Positions 24,480 through 32,668 of a stretch of 64,000 nt of DNA are shown here, in pieces. This DNA is from a bacterium. Its GTDB lineage: Bacteria > Armatimonadota > Zipacnadia > Zipacnadales > UBA11051. The stretch covers positions 8,193 to 72,192 of the forward strand of contig JAJFUB010000018.1 of the NCBI GenBank assembly GCA_021372615.1, given 5' to 3'. Below the pieces are notes generated by a model. The model was not told the DNA's origin, did no database searches, and saw only the letters and a program-made list of their open reading frames with translations. Position 1 is the stretch's first letter. Each line of letters starts with the position of its first letter. The translations under genes and the position numbers were made by a program.

Positions 24480-27329
24480 ATGGCACCTGAGGGGCCCGGG
24501 CAGTGGGAGCAGGAAGTGGTGCGGCTGGGATCGGCGCAGGGCGTGACGGTGCTCCGAGACTTCACCACGGCCGGGCAGGTCACGTTCACCACGGCGGGGG
24601 GGGGCATCGCGGCGACCGTGTACAAGGCGCGGACGCCGGATGTGACGCTGGAGAACGTCGCGGTCTATCTCGTGCAGAAGCTGGCGGATGACTGGCAGAC
24701 GGGGCAGCCGTATGCACTCGTCGAGCAGTATGTGGTGATGGTGGATGACCCGTACTGGGGTCGGTGCATTCAGCCGGCGGGATTCGCAGCGGCGCCGCTG
24801 AGCCAGACGTTCGTGATGGGGTACCGCGTCAAGGGGCGCATTCTGCAGGACGGGGAGGCCGTGGCGGAGGCCAACGTGAGCCTGGAGGGGGTGTGCGCCG
24901 GAGGCGGCGGTGAGGCGGTCTTCTGGGACAGCCAGGAGTTCAATGAGCTGATCTGGTCAGATACGCTCGCGACGTACGTGGAGGGGTCCACTGTCCATGC
25001 GCCGATCATGACGGATGCGGAGGGACGGTGGTCGTTCATCTGCCCCAAGGGCCACGGGGCAATCTACCAACGCGAGGGCGACCGGCGCGATGGTACGCCG
25101 GAGACGGCGGCGGAGGCATTGCCCCGGCAGCTCACGAGGCTGTCGGCAGTGTACCACGGGCGGCGCGCGGAGCTGACCGAAGAGGTGGAAGCGGTCATTG
25201 ACGTGCTGAGTGGCAAGCTGAACGTCAGTGGCGAGCCGGGGGCATGGGTGAAGGTCGGGGCGCTCGATGAGGATGGCGAGGGGTACCCGATCCCCGAGGG
25301 GGGCAGCGTGCTGGTCGAGGGGCTGCCCGCCGGGGAACATGCGGTGGTGCAGTTCAAGCTGGCCGACGGGTGGGACTCGTCGTGGGGGTGCGCGCGGCAG
25401 GTCCTCGAGGTGGTCGAAGGCGCGACGGCCAGCGTGGCGATGGGGGCCATGCAGCAGTATGACCCCGGTGGTAACACGATCGCCGGGCGGGTGTATGAGC
25501 GACCAGGGGTGCCGGCCGCCGGCATCGCGATCGTGCCGATCAACTTCGAGACGATGGAAGTGCTGGACCCGATCGCCAGCACGGACGGCGGGGGGTACTG
25601 GGAGGTCGAGATCCCCGAGGAGGGCCTGGGGGGCGACCCGTGGGTGTATGACGGGACGTGGGGGTGTGTGCCACTGATCGGCTTCCCGTACTCGGATGTG
25701 GTGCTGGGGGCGAGGGCGTACAGCGGGTTCGCCGAGATCTACAAGCCGGAGGCGTGGCGGAAAGGGACGCGCGGTCACGCGAACTTCCAGTATGTGCCAG
25801 AGGGCGTGTGGGTCCAGGACAACGAGACGAACGAGGTGTTCGCCACCGAGGAGGCGGCGCACGGGGGGTACGTCACCACCGAGACGTTGCCGAAGTTCAA
25901 GTTCGTGGGCGATGTGAACGCGCTGCTGACGTCGGGGCCGCAACTGCGGGAGTATAGCCTGCGGACGAACGGCGAGGTGCTGCTGCCCGAGTTCACGCTG
26001 CGGTCGCAGAACTTCGAGGGGTATGAGACGCTGGCCGGGCAATACCGGGCGGCGGGGTTCTACCCGGAGATCAAGTTCCTGATCGGCGGGAAGGTCCACG
26101 GGGGCGTGGTGACGGGGTGCCAGGCGGAGATTGGCCTGACGCTGCCGGAGGCGTACCGAATCGGGCTGGAGTTCGGGGAGCATGAGTGGTTCACCCAGGT
26201 GACGGCAGTGTCCGGGGGGCGGCGGGCATGCTTCGCCGACCTGCTGTGCCCGTATTGCGGGGGGCCCACGTGGCGGGACCCGGACGCCAATGGCTATGTG
26301 CGCGGGTTCTGCTGGCAGTGCGCGCAGATGTTCGGGACCGGGGAGGCCATGGACGGGCGGACGCATTTCCAGACGCCGACGCTGGCGCCCGGGGTCGGGA
26401 AGACGCTGCAAGGCCTGTGTGTGCCGAGGAACGGGGGGAGCCGGGCGTACCCGGTCAACTACCACTGGCGGCCCGACCTGTATGACGAGAACGACAACTA
26501 CCTGGTGCAGAGCGGCACCGGGCAGACGACCAATGCGCCACGGTGGTTCGCCAGGCATGTGAGTGAAGTTGGCGATGGGCTGGGGTTCGGGCGGCTCGAT
26601 ACGAGCCTCTCCCCTGCCTTCACCGCCGGGCATGACCTGGAGTGGTTCGGAGCGCTGCCGGAAGTGGATCGTGACCTGGGGGTCACGCAGATGAAGCTGG
26701 TCTTCGCCGCGGGATACACCCAGGCCGAGGACGTCACCGTTGAGTTGGTCTGCCGGCTGCTGGCCGGGGGGACGGAGACCGTGCGGGTCGCCATCCCGGC
26801 AGGGACGGCGGGGCCCAGCGAGAGCCAGGCGATCAGTGACGTGGTGCGGATCAAGAAGGTCGGGAAGTGGACGGCCGAGCGGCGGGGGGCGCCGTACACG
26901 GGGTCGGGGCTGTATGTGGCCGTGACGGAGGCCCGAGTGGTCGAGCCGGCCGGGGCGACGTGTGAGTTCGTCATCGTCAACGATGCGCCGCTGCTGGCCA
27001 GCGCAGATGGGGTGCCCGTGGAGAGACAACGGGCTACGCCAGCGGCGCTGCAACTGGGGGCCAGCGGCGCGAGCGGGCCGCACCTGATGGATGACGCCGT
27101 GGGGCAGGTGTTCCTGTTCTACGCGCGCGAGGGTGAGGTGTGGATGCGCCGGCGAGCGGGACTGCCCGCCGCGTGGCGTGGGGCGGTGCAGGTGACGAGC
27201 GACGGGGACAACTCGGAGCCGTGCGCGGAGAAGGATGACGCGGGGCGGCTACGGCTGCTGTGGCAGCATGGCGGCGACGTGCGCAATGCCGTGTCGGTGG
27301 ATGACGGCGCGAGCTGGGTGGAGGTCTGA
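24480..27329 (+). CDS. large phage structural protein (about 950 aa) with an internal zinc ribbon and a C-terminal BNR-like repeat. Fibre/spike-like, not tape-measure-like.
   Basis: Start moved to the ATG at 24480 (MAPEGPGQW) because the upstream part of ORF 24192 translates repeat elements. CPYCGGPTW...CWQCAQ zinc-ribbon. Terminal SVDDGASW BNR-like motif. Beta-rich and W/Y/G-rich composition. Confidence 0.5.
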   Translation: MAPEGPGQWEQEVVRLGSAQGVTVLRDFTTAGQVTFTTAGGGIAATVYKARTPDVTLENVAVYLVQKLADDWQTGQPYALVEQYVVMVDDPYWGRCIQPAGFAAAPLSQTFVMGYRVKGRILQDGEAVAEANVSLEGVCAGGGGEAVFWDSQEFNELIWSDTLATYVEGSTVHAPIMTDAEGRWSFICPKGHGAIYQREGDRRDGTPETAAEALPRQLTRLSAVYHGRRAELTEEVEAVIDVLSGKLNVSGEPGAWVKVGALDEDGEGYPIPEGGSVLVEGLPAGEHAVVQFKLADGWDSSWGCARQVLEVVEGATASVAMGAMQQYDPGGNTIAGRVYERPGVPAAGIAIVPINFETMEVLDPIASTDGGGYWEVEIPEEGLGGDPWVYDGTWGCVPLIGFPYSDVVLGARAYSGFAEIYKPEAWRKGTRGHANFQYVPEGVWVQDNETNEVFATEEAAHGGYVTTETLPKFKFVGDVNALLTSGPQLREYSLRTNGEVLLPEFTLRSQNFEGYETLAGQYRAAGFYPEIKFLIGGKVHGGVVTGCQAEIGLTLPEAYRIGLEFGEHEWFTQVTAVSGGRRACFADLLCPYCGGPTWRDPDANGYVRGFCWQCAQMFGTGEAMDGRTHFQTPTLAPGVGKTLQGLCVPRNGGSRAYPVNYHWRPDLYDENDNYLVQSGTGQTTNAPRWFARHVSEVGDGLGFGRLDTSLSPAFTAGHDLEWFGALPEVDRDLGVTQMKLVFAAGYTQAEDVTVELVCRLLAGGTETVRVAIPAGTAGPSESQAISDVVRIKKVGKWTAERRGAPYTGSGLYVAVTEARVVEPAGATCEFVIVNDAPLLASADGVPVERQRATPAALQLGASGASGPHLMDDAVGQVFLFYAREGEVWMRRRAGLPAAWRGAVQVTSDGDNSEPCAEKDDAGRLRLLWQHGGDVRNAVSVDDGASWVEV

Positions 27330-27331
27330 GG

Positions 27332-27640
27332 ATGGCGACCATAGCCGGCCTGACGTACCCCACGATGGTCGAGCACAACGGGGTCATGTATGTGACCGGG
27401 TACCGCGAGGGCGGGGTGTATGTACGGCGGACCGCGGACGGCGGGGTGACGTGGCTGAAGTTCAGCGACGGAGCGGAAGAGCGGCTGGTGTGCGCGCCGG
27501 CGGATGAGGCACGGGCGGGGCTGGTCAAGATGGAGAGCCAGGGGCGGCGCCTGATGGCCGCGGTGTCGGTGGCGCCGGATATCGCCATCTATGTGAGTGC
27601 GGATGATGGGGAGACGTGGGGGTTCGAGGCGACGGTGTGA
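27332..27640 (+). CDS. BNR/Asp-box repeat protein. Possibly a C-terminal continuation of the upstream gene, separated from it by a single TGA.
   Basis: TADGGVTW and SADDGETW Asp-box repeats. The ATG lies 2 nt after the stop of 24480-27329, which itself ends in an Asp-box. Confidence 0.4.
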   Translation: MATIAGLTYPTMVEHNGVMYVTGYREGGVYVRRTADGGVTWLKFSDGAEERLVCAPADEARAGLVKMESQGRRLMAAVSVAPDIAIYVSADDGETWGFEATV

Positions 27641-28115
27641 GGGCCCTCACCCCCTGGCCCCCTCTCCCAGGGGGAGAGGGGGGAAAGGCGAACGGCGGGA
27701 GCGGGATGCCATGGCACAGCGTGCAGAGGACTCTTGACGCGACTCCGCCCGTCTTCGCCCTGTGGCTACTACGGCGGAGCGCGGGGGTTGAAACCCCCGC
27801 CTGTCGGAAGCGTCCCTCCGGGACGCGGGACGGCAACGGCAACGACAACGGCGTCCTCACCCCTACCCCTCTCCCTCGCCCGCCTTCGCCCTGCGGGCTA
27901 CGGCGGCGGAGCGCGGGGGTTGAGACCCCCGCCTGTCGGAAGCGTCCCTCCGGGACGCGGGACGACAACGGCAACGACAACGGCGTCCTCACCCCTACCC
28001 CTCTCCCTCGCCCGCCTTCGCCCTGCGGGCTACGGCGGGCTCCGGAGAGGGGAACGGCAACGACGGCCTACCCCGGCCCTGCGGGCCACCCCTCCCTGAA
28101 GGGAGGGGAACGGCA
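27641..28115. repeat. largest family-1 repeat island, containing a near-perfect tandem duplication of an about 127-bp unit (27769-27900 and 27896-28030)
   Basis: The unit is CTACGGCGGAGCGCGGGGGTTGA[A/G]ACCCCCGCCTGTCGGAAGCGTCCCTCCGGGACGCGGGACG[G/A]CAACGGCAACGACAACGGCGTCCTCACCCCTACCCCTCTCCCTCGCCCGCCTTCGCCCTGCGGG. Only 2 mismatches between copies. Confidence 0.8.
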
Positions 28116-28157
28116 GGCGGTGACGATGGACTGCGGTGACGAGGATTGGAGGGGCTT

Positions 28158-30449
28158 GTGAGTTCACGAGTGCATCCCATAGCGCGGTTGCGGGTGTATG
28201 AGGCCGGGGCGGAGCCGCGGGTGCGGTATGACGGCTTCGGTCAGTATGATGTGGCCGGGGAAGTGATGCAGAACGCCGAGACGCTCGTCAGCCCGGTGGA
28301 CCCCGTGGCCCTCGGGCTGTGGGAAGGCATGGGCTATCCGGCGCTGCTGCCGTCCGCGCTCCATGTGCCCGCCGAGGGCATCAACAGCGTGATCTGTCGG
28401 CCCTTCGCCGACACGTCGCAGAGCATCGGCCTGGGGCACTTCGACACGGTGGGGGGCACGTGGGAGGCGCTGCGCGGACTGGGGCTCAACCAGGAAGTCA
28501 AGCTGTACCAGTCCGACGGCACGAGCAACATGACCACCGGGCTGGTGAGCCGGTTTGCCTTGCCGCGCAACCCCATCTTCGCCGTGTCGCTCTACCGGGC
28601 CGAGCCCGGGCCCGACCATGACTGGTCGCAGCCACCATACACGGAGATCCACTTCGGGGTGAATGGCAACGACGAGTGGGCGATCCTGCTGCCGTACACG
28701 CAGAGCCTGGAGGTGCTGCGACGCACGCAGGCGGGATGGCGGGTGGTGCCCAGCCGGCGGACCAGCGCACCGCTGGGGCTGACGGAAGGCCATGCGCGCG
28801 GGCAGCGGCTGGTGCTGTGGGTGGCGGTGCTGCGCAACAAGCTGGCGCTGTCCACGGATGGGTTCCAGCGGCATGTGTGGACCTATGAAGACAGCGAGCC
28901 GGCCGTGGTGAAGAGCGGGAAGCTGACCGTGTGGCACAACGCCGGACAGTGGGCCGTGTCGCTGCTGCCGGCCAAGATGGCGCCGGCGGTGGTCTACAGC
29001 CCGCCGATTGAGACGGGGTTCCTGACCCGGGCGTCGAGCGGAGCAGTGCTGGTCGAGGGGCGGATGATGCCGGTGCTCGATGACGACCTGCAGATCCTGG
29101 CCACGCCCCTCATCATTGATGACAGTGGGACGCGAGCGGGGCTGAGCGAAACGCAGCGGTCGTGGAAGGTGCAGATCAACCCGTTCCGGTACCGGCAAGA
29201 GGCGGTGGGGGTGGACCCGGACACCGAGGAGACGGTGGACTTCGAGACGTGGCTGTCGCCGGAGTGGCTGTCGGCGCAAGTGGCCCAGGCGGCAGAACTG
29301 AGCGCCGGCGAGGAGCCCGTGTATCAAGACCTATCGGCCGATGCGCTGGCCGTGGAGGGGGAACACGCGGCAGACAAGGTGACCGCGAAGTACCGAGTGG
29401 CGCTGGACAACCAACAGGGGCAGCACAGCACGCTGCAGGAGAACCGGCGGACCAGCCTAGCGCTCGGGTGGCGGATGAGTGACGGAACGGAGGCGCTGGC
29501 GGGGATCGTGGACGGGCACCTGGTGGAGCCGCCGGTGCGGATGGCCGCCGGCGGGATGAGCGAAGCGGTCATCAACGTGCTGGACCCGATGCTGCGCCTG
29601 CGGGACGAGAAGGCCGATGGCCGCACGCCAGTGTTCGACGGGTGGCTGGTGCGCGAGGTGTTCCGGTGGGTGCTGGGGCGGTGCGGTGTGCCCGAGAGCG
29701 AGCAGGACCTGGAGGACACCGGGACCGTGCTGAGCACCGGCACGGTGGAGGAGCCAGCCTGGCAGGTGGAGCCTGGGCGGTCGTGGGCGGAGTTCCTCGA
29801 GCAGGTGGCTGAGTTCGACTACGGCGCCGCGATCCACTTCGATGAGGTCGGCGCGTTCCGCAAGACCTGCGGGTACTGCCGGCAGAAGCGCACCGCCGCC
29901 AATGTGACGACCCATGACGGGACGCTGACCGGGGCGTGCGACAATCAGGTGCGTTGGGAGCTGTACACGCGCGCGCAGGCCGCGCCCCAGAGCCAGGCGC
30001 CGGGCGAGGTGCTCGGTCTGCGGCGGACCCGGCGAAGCCTGGCGCCCGAGGAGTACGCCAACTACGTCGTGGTGTGCGGCGTGGACGAGGACGGGCGGCC
30101 AGTGCGCGCCACGGCGTTCGACGCGGCGTCGCTCTATGACCCGCAGTCCGAGCGGTATGTCGGCTGGCGGAAGATGGATGTGACGACCGTGCCGGGGTAC
30201 ATGACGCCGGCGGAGGTCAACCGTCTGGCGCTCGACCGCCTGCAGGAGCTGGGCACGCGGCCCGAGCACGTGACCGTCGTGACGCCGCTGCTGCCGGAAG
30301 TGCGGATCGGCCAAGTCATGCGGATCCACGGCGGCGAGACCGTGGGCGTCGCCGGAGAGCTGTACCGGGTGCAGGCGGTGCGGCATGAGGTGCGGCGGCG
30401 ACCGCATGAGGTGGCGGTGACGACGTTGGAGGGGCGCTGGCTGGGGTGA
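28158..30449 (+). CDS. large hypothetical phage structural protein (about 760 aa)
   Basis: GGAGGGG RBS then GTG at 28158; the ORF track uses TTG at 28146. Long ORF with ordinary, non-low-complexity amino-acid composition. Confidence 0.5.
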   Translation: MSSRVHPIARLRVYEAGAEPRVRYDGFGQYDVAGEVMQNAETLVSPVDPVALGLWEGMGYPALLPSALHVPAEGINSVICRPFADTSQSIGLGHFDTVGGTWEALRGLGLNQEVKLYQSDGTSNMTTGLVSRFALPRNPIFAVSLYRAEPGPDHDWSQPPYTEIHFGVNGNDEWAILLPYTQSLEVLRRTQAGWRVVPSRRTSAPLGLTEGHARGQRLVLWVAVLRNKLALSTDGFQRHVWTYEDSEPAVVKSGKLTVWHNAGQWAVSLLPAKMAPAVVYSPPIETGFLTRASSGAVLVEGRMMPVLDDDLQILATPLIIDDSGTRAGLSETQRSWKVQINPFRYRQEAVGVDPDTEETVDFETWLSPEWLSAQVAQAAELSAGEEPVYQDLSADALAVEGEHAADKVTAKYRVALDNQQGQHSTLQENRRTSLALGWRMSDGTEALAGIVDGHLVEPPVRMAAGGMSEAVINVLDPMLRLRDEKADGRTPVFDGWLVREVFRWVLGRCGVPESEQDLEDTGTVLSTGTVEEPAWQVEPGRSWAEFLEQVAEFDYGAAIHFDEVGAFRKTCGYCRQKRTAANVTTHDGTLTGACDNQVRWELYTRAQAAPQSQAPGEVLGLRRTRRSLAPEEYANYVVVCGVDEDGRPVRATAFDAASLYDPQSERYVGWRKMDVTTVPGYMTPAEVNRLALDRLQELGTRPEHVTVVTPLLPEVRIGQVMRIHGGETVGVAGELYRVQAVRHEVRRRPHEVAVTTLEGRWLG

Positions 30450-30828
30450 GAAGGCAGTGCAGAACGCTGAACGATGAATGATGAATGGGGTGGTGGGTGA
30501 TGGAGCTGGTGCAGATCGTGCGGCGGGTGGTGGACCGGCAGGTGCGGCCGGCGCTGGGCGGCGGGGCGACGACCGCCAGTGGGCGCGCTGCGGGCGCGGC
30601 CAAGGGGGGAGGGAACCGCTTCCTGATGCGGGTGGCGGCAGACGGGGCGGTGCTGAGGCGAGCGGTGTATGGGCGAGGGCGGTACGGGGTGGAGCGGTAC
30701 CTGTCGGGGTAGCGGCAGGTGAACGGCGGAGGCAACGGCGGGCGGGCTGGGAAGCCCGCGGTCCCAGTAACGACATGCGGCGTGCCGGCGGGAAGCCGGC
30801 GTGCCTACGGCACACGGCGAGGTGAGCC

Positions 30829-31530
30829 ATGGCGGGAACGACAGAGCATTACGGGTTGGCGGTCGGTGTAGTGACCGATGACATTGTGGAGCCGGACCAC
30901 CACAACCGGGTGGCGGCGACGCTGGACCGCGTGCTGGGCGGGGCGCTCAGAAGCCTGGTCGCCGACGGGGCGTACAGCGGGTGGCTGCTCAACACGTCAG
31001 GCGCGGTGACGGCGGGCGAGGGGCTGGTCGCGGGGTGCTGGTGCAAGACCACCGCCGACGCGGCCATTACCGGCCTGACGAGCGGGGCCACGAACCATGT
31101 GTTCGCCCGGAGCAACAGCGGGTCGGCGCCGGATGGGACGGTGGACTTCGCGGCGCAGTTGTCCGCGGAGAAGCCAGCCGGTGCGGTGTACCTGGGGACG
31201 GCCGAGGTGGACTCGGGCGGCGTGGTGACGGCCGTGGACAATGCGGCGGCCGGCGTGGACCGGAACTGCCTGAGGCTGGAGATCGGCCAGGCGGCCGGCA
31301 GCGGGACCGTCGCCAGTGTGCCGGCGGCGGGGACGTTCAGCGTTGAGATCACCCATGCGCTGAGTCTGCTGGTGCCCGGGGCCATCGCGTTCAGCTCGCA
31401 GAGCGCGAACTTCACCTGGGAGCTGCAGGAGACGTGGCGGGGCGATGGGTTCAAGGTGAGCGGCACGAACAACGGGGCCGAGGCCGCGGACCTCGTGTAC
31501 GCGTGGACGAGGCGAGGGCTGGTGGGGTAG
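30829..31530 (+). CDS. hypothetical phage protein (tail-fibre-like, G/A/S/T-rich)
   Basis: 233 aa, rich in small residues, last large gene before the lysis cassette. Confidence 0.35.
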   Translation: MAGTTEHYGLAVGVVTDDIVEPDHHNRVAATLDRVLGGALRSLVADGAYSGWLLNTSGAVTAGEGLVAGCWCKTTADAAITGLTSGATNHVFARSNSGSAPDGTVDFAAQLSAEKPAGAVYLGTAEVDSGGVVTAVDNAAAGVDRNCLRLEIGQAAGSGTVASVPAAGTFSVEITHALSLLVPGAIAFSSQSANFTWELQETWRGDGFKVSGTNNGAEAADLVYAWTRRGLVG

Positions 31531-31555
31531 CGAAGGCGAGTGGGGCGGGGGCAGT

Positions 31556-31610
31556 CGGGGGTTGAACCCCCCGCCTGGGGGGAAGCGTCCCTCCGGGACG
31601 CCGGGGGGAG
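31556..31610. repeat. family-1 module A solo copy
   Basis: GGGGGTTGAACCCCCCGCCTGGGGGGAAGCGTCCCTCCGGGACGCC. Confidence 0.75.
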
Positions 31611-31628
31611 GGCGGCGGGAGGTGAGAG

Positions 31629-31964
31629 ATGGCCGAGATGACGCGACTGTGGGAGCAAGTGGGGCCTGAGGTGCGGAGCTTCCTGTGGCTGACGCTGGCA
31701 GGGGTGCTCGGGGCGCTGGCGACCGTGGCGCTGGAGCGCAGGCCGATCGTGCCGCCACGGGTGCGACGCGGGGCGCTGCACCTGGGGTTCGCCGGCACAT
31801 GCATCATCTCGCTGGTGGCGGCGCATGCGGTGGATCACAGTTTCAGCACGGCGCTGGTGGCGGCGGTGTGCGGCGGGGCGACCCTGCGGCGACTGAAGGC
31901 ACAGATTGATCGGGGCTTTGAGCGGGAGCACCGGCGACTGGACGGTGAGGGCGATGGGACATGA
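31629..31964 (+). CDS. small membrane protein (holin/lysis-accessory candidate)
   Basis: Two hydrophobic segments (FLWLTLAGVLGALATVAL and LGFAGTCIISLVAAHAV). Stop overlaps the next ATG. Confidence 0.4.
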   Translation: MAEMTRLWEQVGPEVRSFLWLTLAGVLGALATVALERRPIVPPRVRRGALHLGFAGTCIISLVAAHAVDHSFSTALVAAVCGGATLRRLKAQIDRGFEREHRRLDGEGDGT

Positions 31965-32292
31965 GGCGCTCACGGCACTGGTGCCCGGGGCGGCGGAGGC
32001 GCTGCTGGTGGGGCTGGGCCTGGCCGTGTGGGCGAGGCTGCGGCAGCTCGGCGTCGGCGGCGTGTATCAGGTGACGGCGGCTGCCATCGTCACGGACGCC
32101 GTGAGCCAGACATGGCAGTTGTGGCTGCGACTGGGCCGGCCGGCCGGGGTAGTGTGGCTGCTGCACACCGCGGTGTGCGCCTTGCTGCTGTATGTGCTGT
32201 ACCGGCTAGGGTACCTGCTGGCGCGCAGGCGGCGGATGTGTCCGCCGGTGGCGCTGATCGAGGAGCAAGTGCTGGCGGAAGAAGGAGGCTAG
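31954..32292 (+). CDS. small membrane protein (holin/lysis-accessory candidate)
   Basis: Hydrophobic helices (ALLVGLGLAVWARL and VVWLLHTAVCALLLYVLYRLGYLL) followed by a basic tail. Start at 31954 is coupled to the upstream stop. Confidence 0.4.
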   Translation: MGHEALTALVPGAAEALLVGLGLAVWARLRQLGVGGVYQVTAAAIVTDAVSQTWQLWLRLGRPAGVVWLLHTAVCALLLYVLYRLGYLLARRRRMCPPVALIEEQVLAEEGG

Positions 32293-32296
32293 GCGA

Positions 32297-32590
32297 GTGG
32301 CTGAGATGGTGAAGGAGTGGTTGGTGCAGGTGGTCGTGCCGGGGCTGGGCGCGGCGCTGCTGGTGGCGGTGATCTCGTTCGTGCGGCAATACGCGGCGCA
32401 ACTGAAGGACGAGAAGATGCGCCAGGCGCTGCTGGCGCTGGTGCAGGCCGCCGAACAGCTCTATGGCGCAGGCAAGGGCGAGGCGAAGCGGCGGTTCGTG
32501 CGCGAGAAGATGAAGCAGAAGGGCCTGGAGGACCTGGGGCGTGAGGAGCTGGAGGCGGCGGTGTACAAGCTGAAGGCGGAAGGCAGTTAG
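32297..32590 (+). CDS. holin-like protein (N-terminal TM helix plus charged C-terminal helix)
   Basis: WLVQVVVPGLGAALLVAVISFV TM segment, then a Lys/Glu-rich tail. Immediately upstream of the endolysin. Confidence 0.45.
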   Translation: MAEMVKEWLVQVVVPGLGAALLVAVISFVRQYAAQLKDEKMRQALLALVQAAEQLYGAGKGEAKRRFVREKMKQKGLEDLGREELEAAVYKLKAEGS

Positions 32591-32625
32591 GAGTTAGGGG
32601 TTAGGAGTTGGGAGTGAAGGCGGGG
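32588..32625. repeat. G-tract spacer (TTAGGAGTTAGGGGTTAGGAGTTGGGAGTG) after the holin-like gene
   Basis: Seen directly. Confidence 0.5.
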
Positions 32626-32668
32626 CCGCTGCCGAGAGGTGGCGGCCCCGTATTGTTGGTTCCGGAGG

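Noticed and set aside
11450-27083. Long minus-strand ORFs across the phage block (11450-12853 -, 13635-14777 -, 14161-15870 -, 15881-18577 -, 24957-27083 -) and across 35821-37947 - and 39395-41080 -
   Set aside because: Same GC artefact. All overlap + strand genes that have recognisable terminase, portal, capsid or ADH sequence features and consistent RBS or coupling signals.
9241-28115. Repeat islands considered as CRISPR arrays
   Set aside because: The repeats are palindromic hairpins of varying composition, with AACGGC microsatellite fillers. They are not equal-length direct repeats separated by unique, similar-length spacers. No cas genes are present. They occur singly at many gene junctions.
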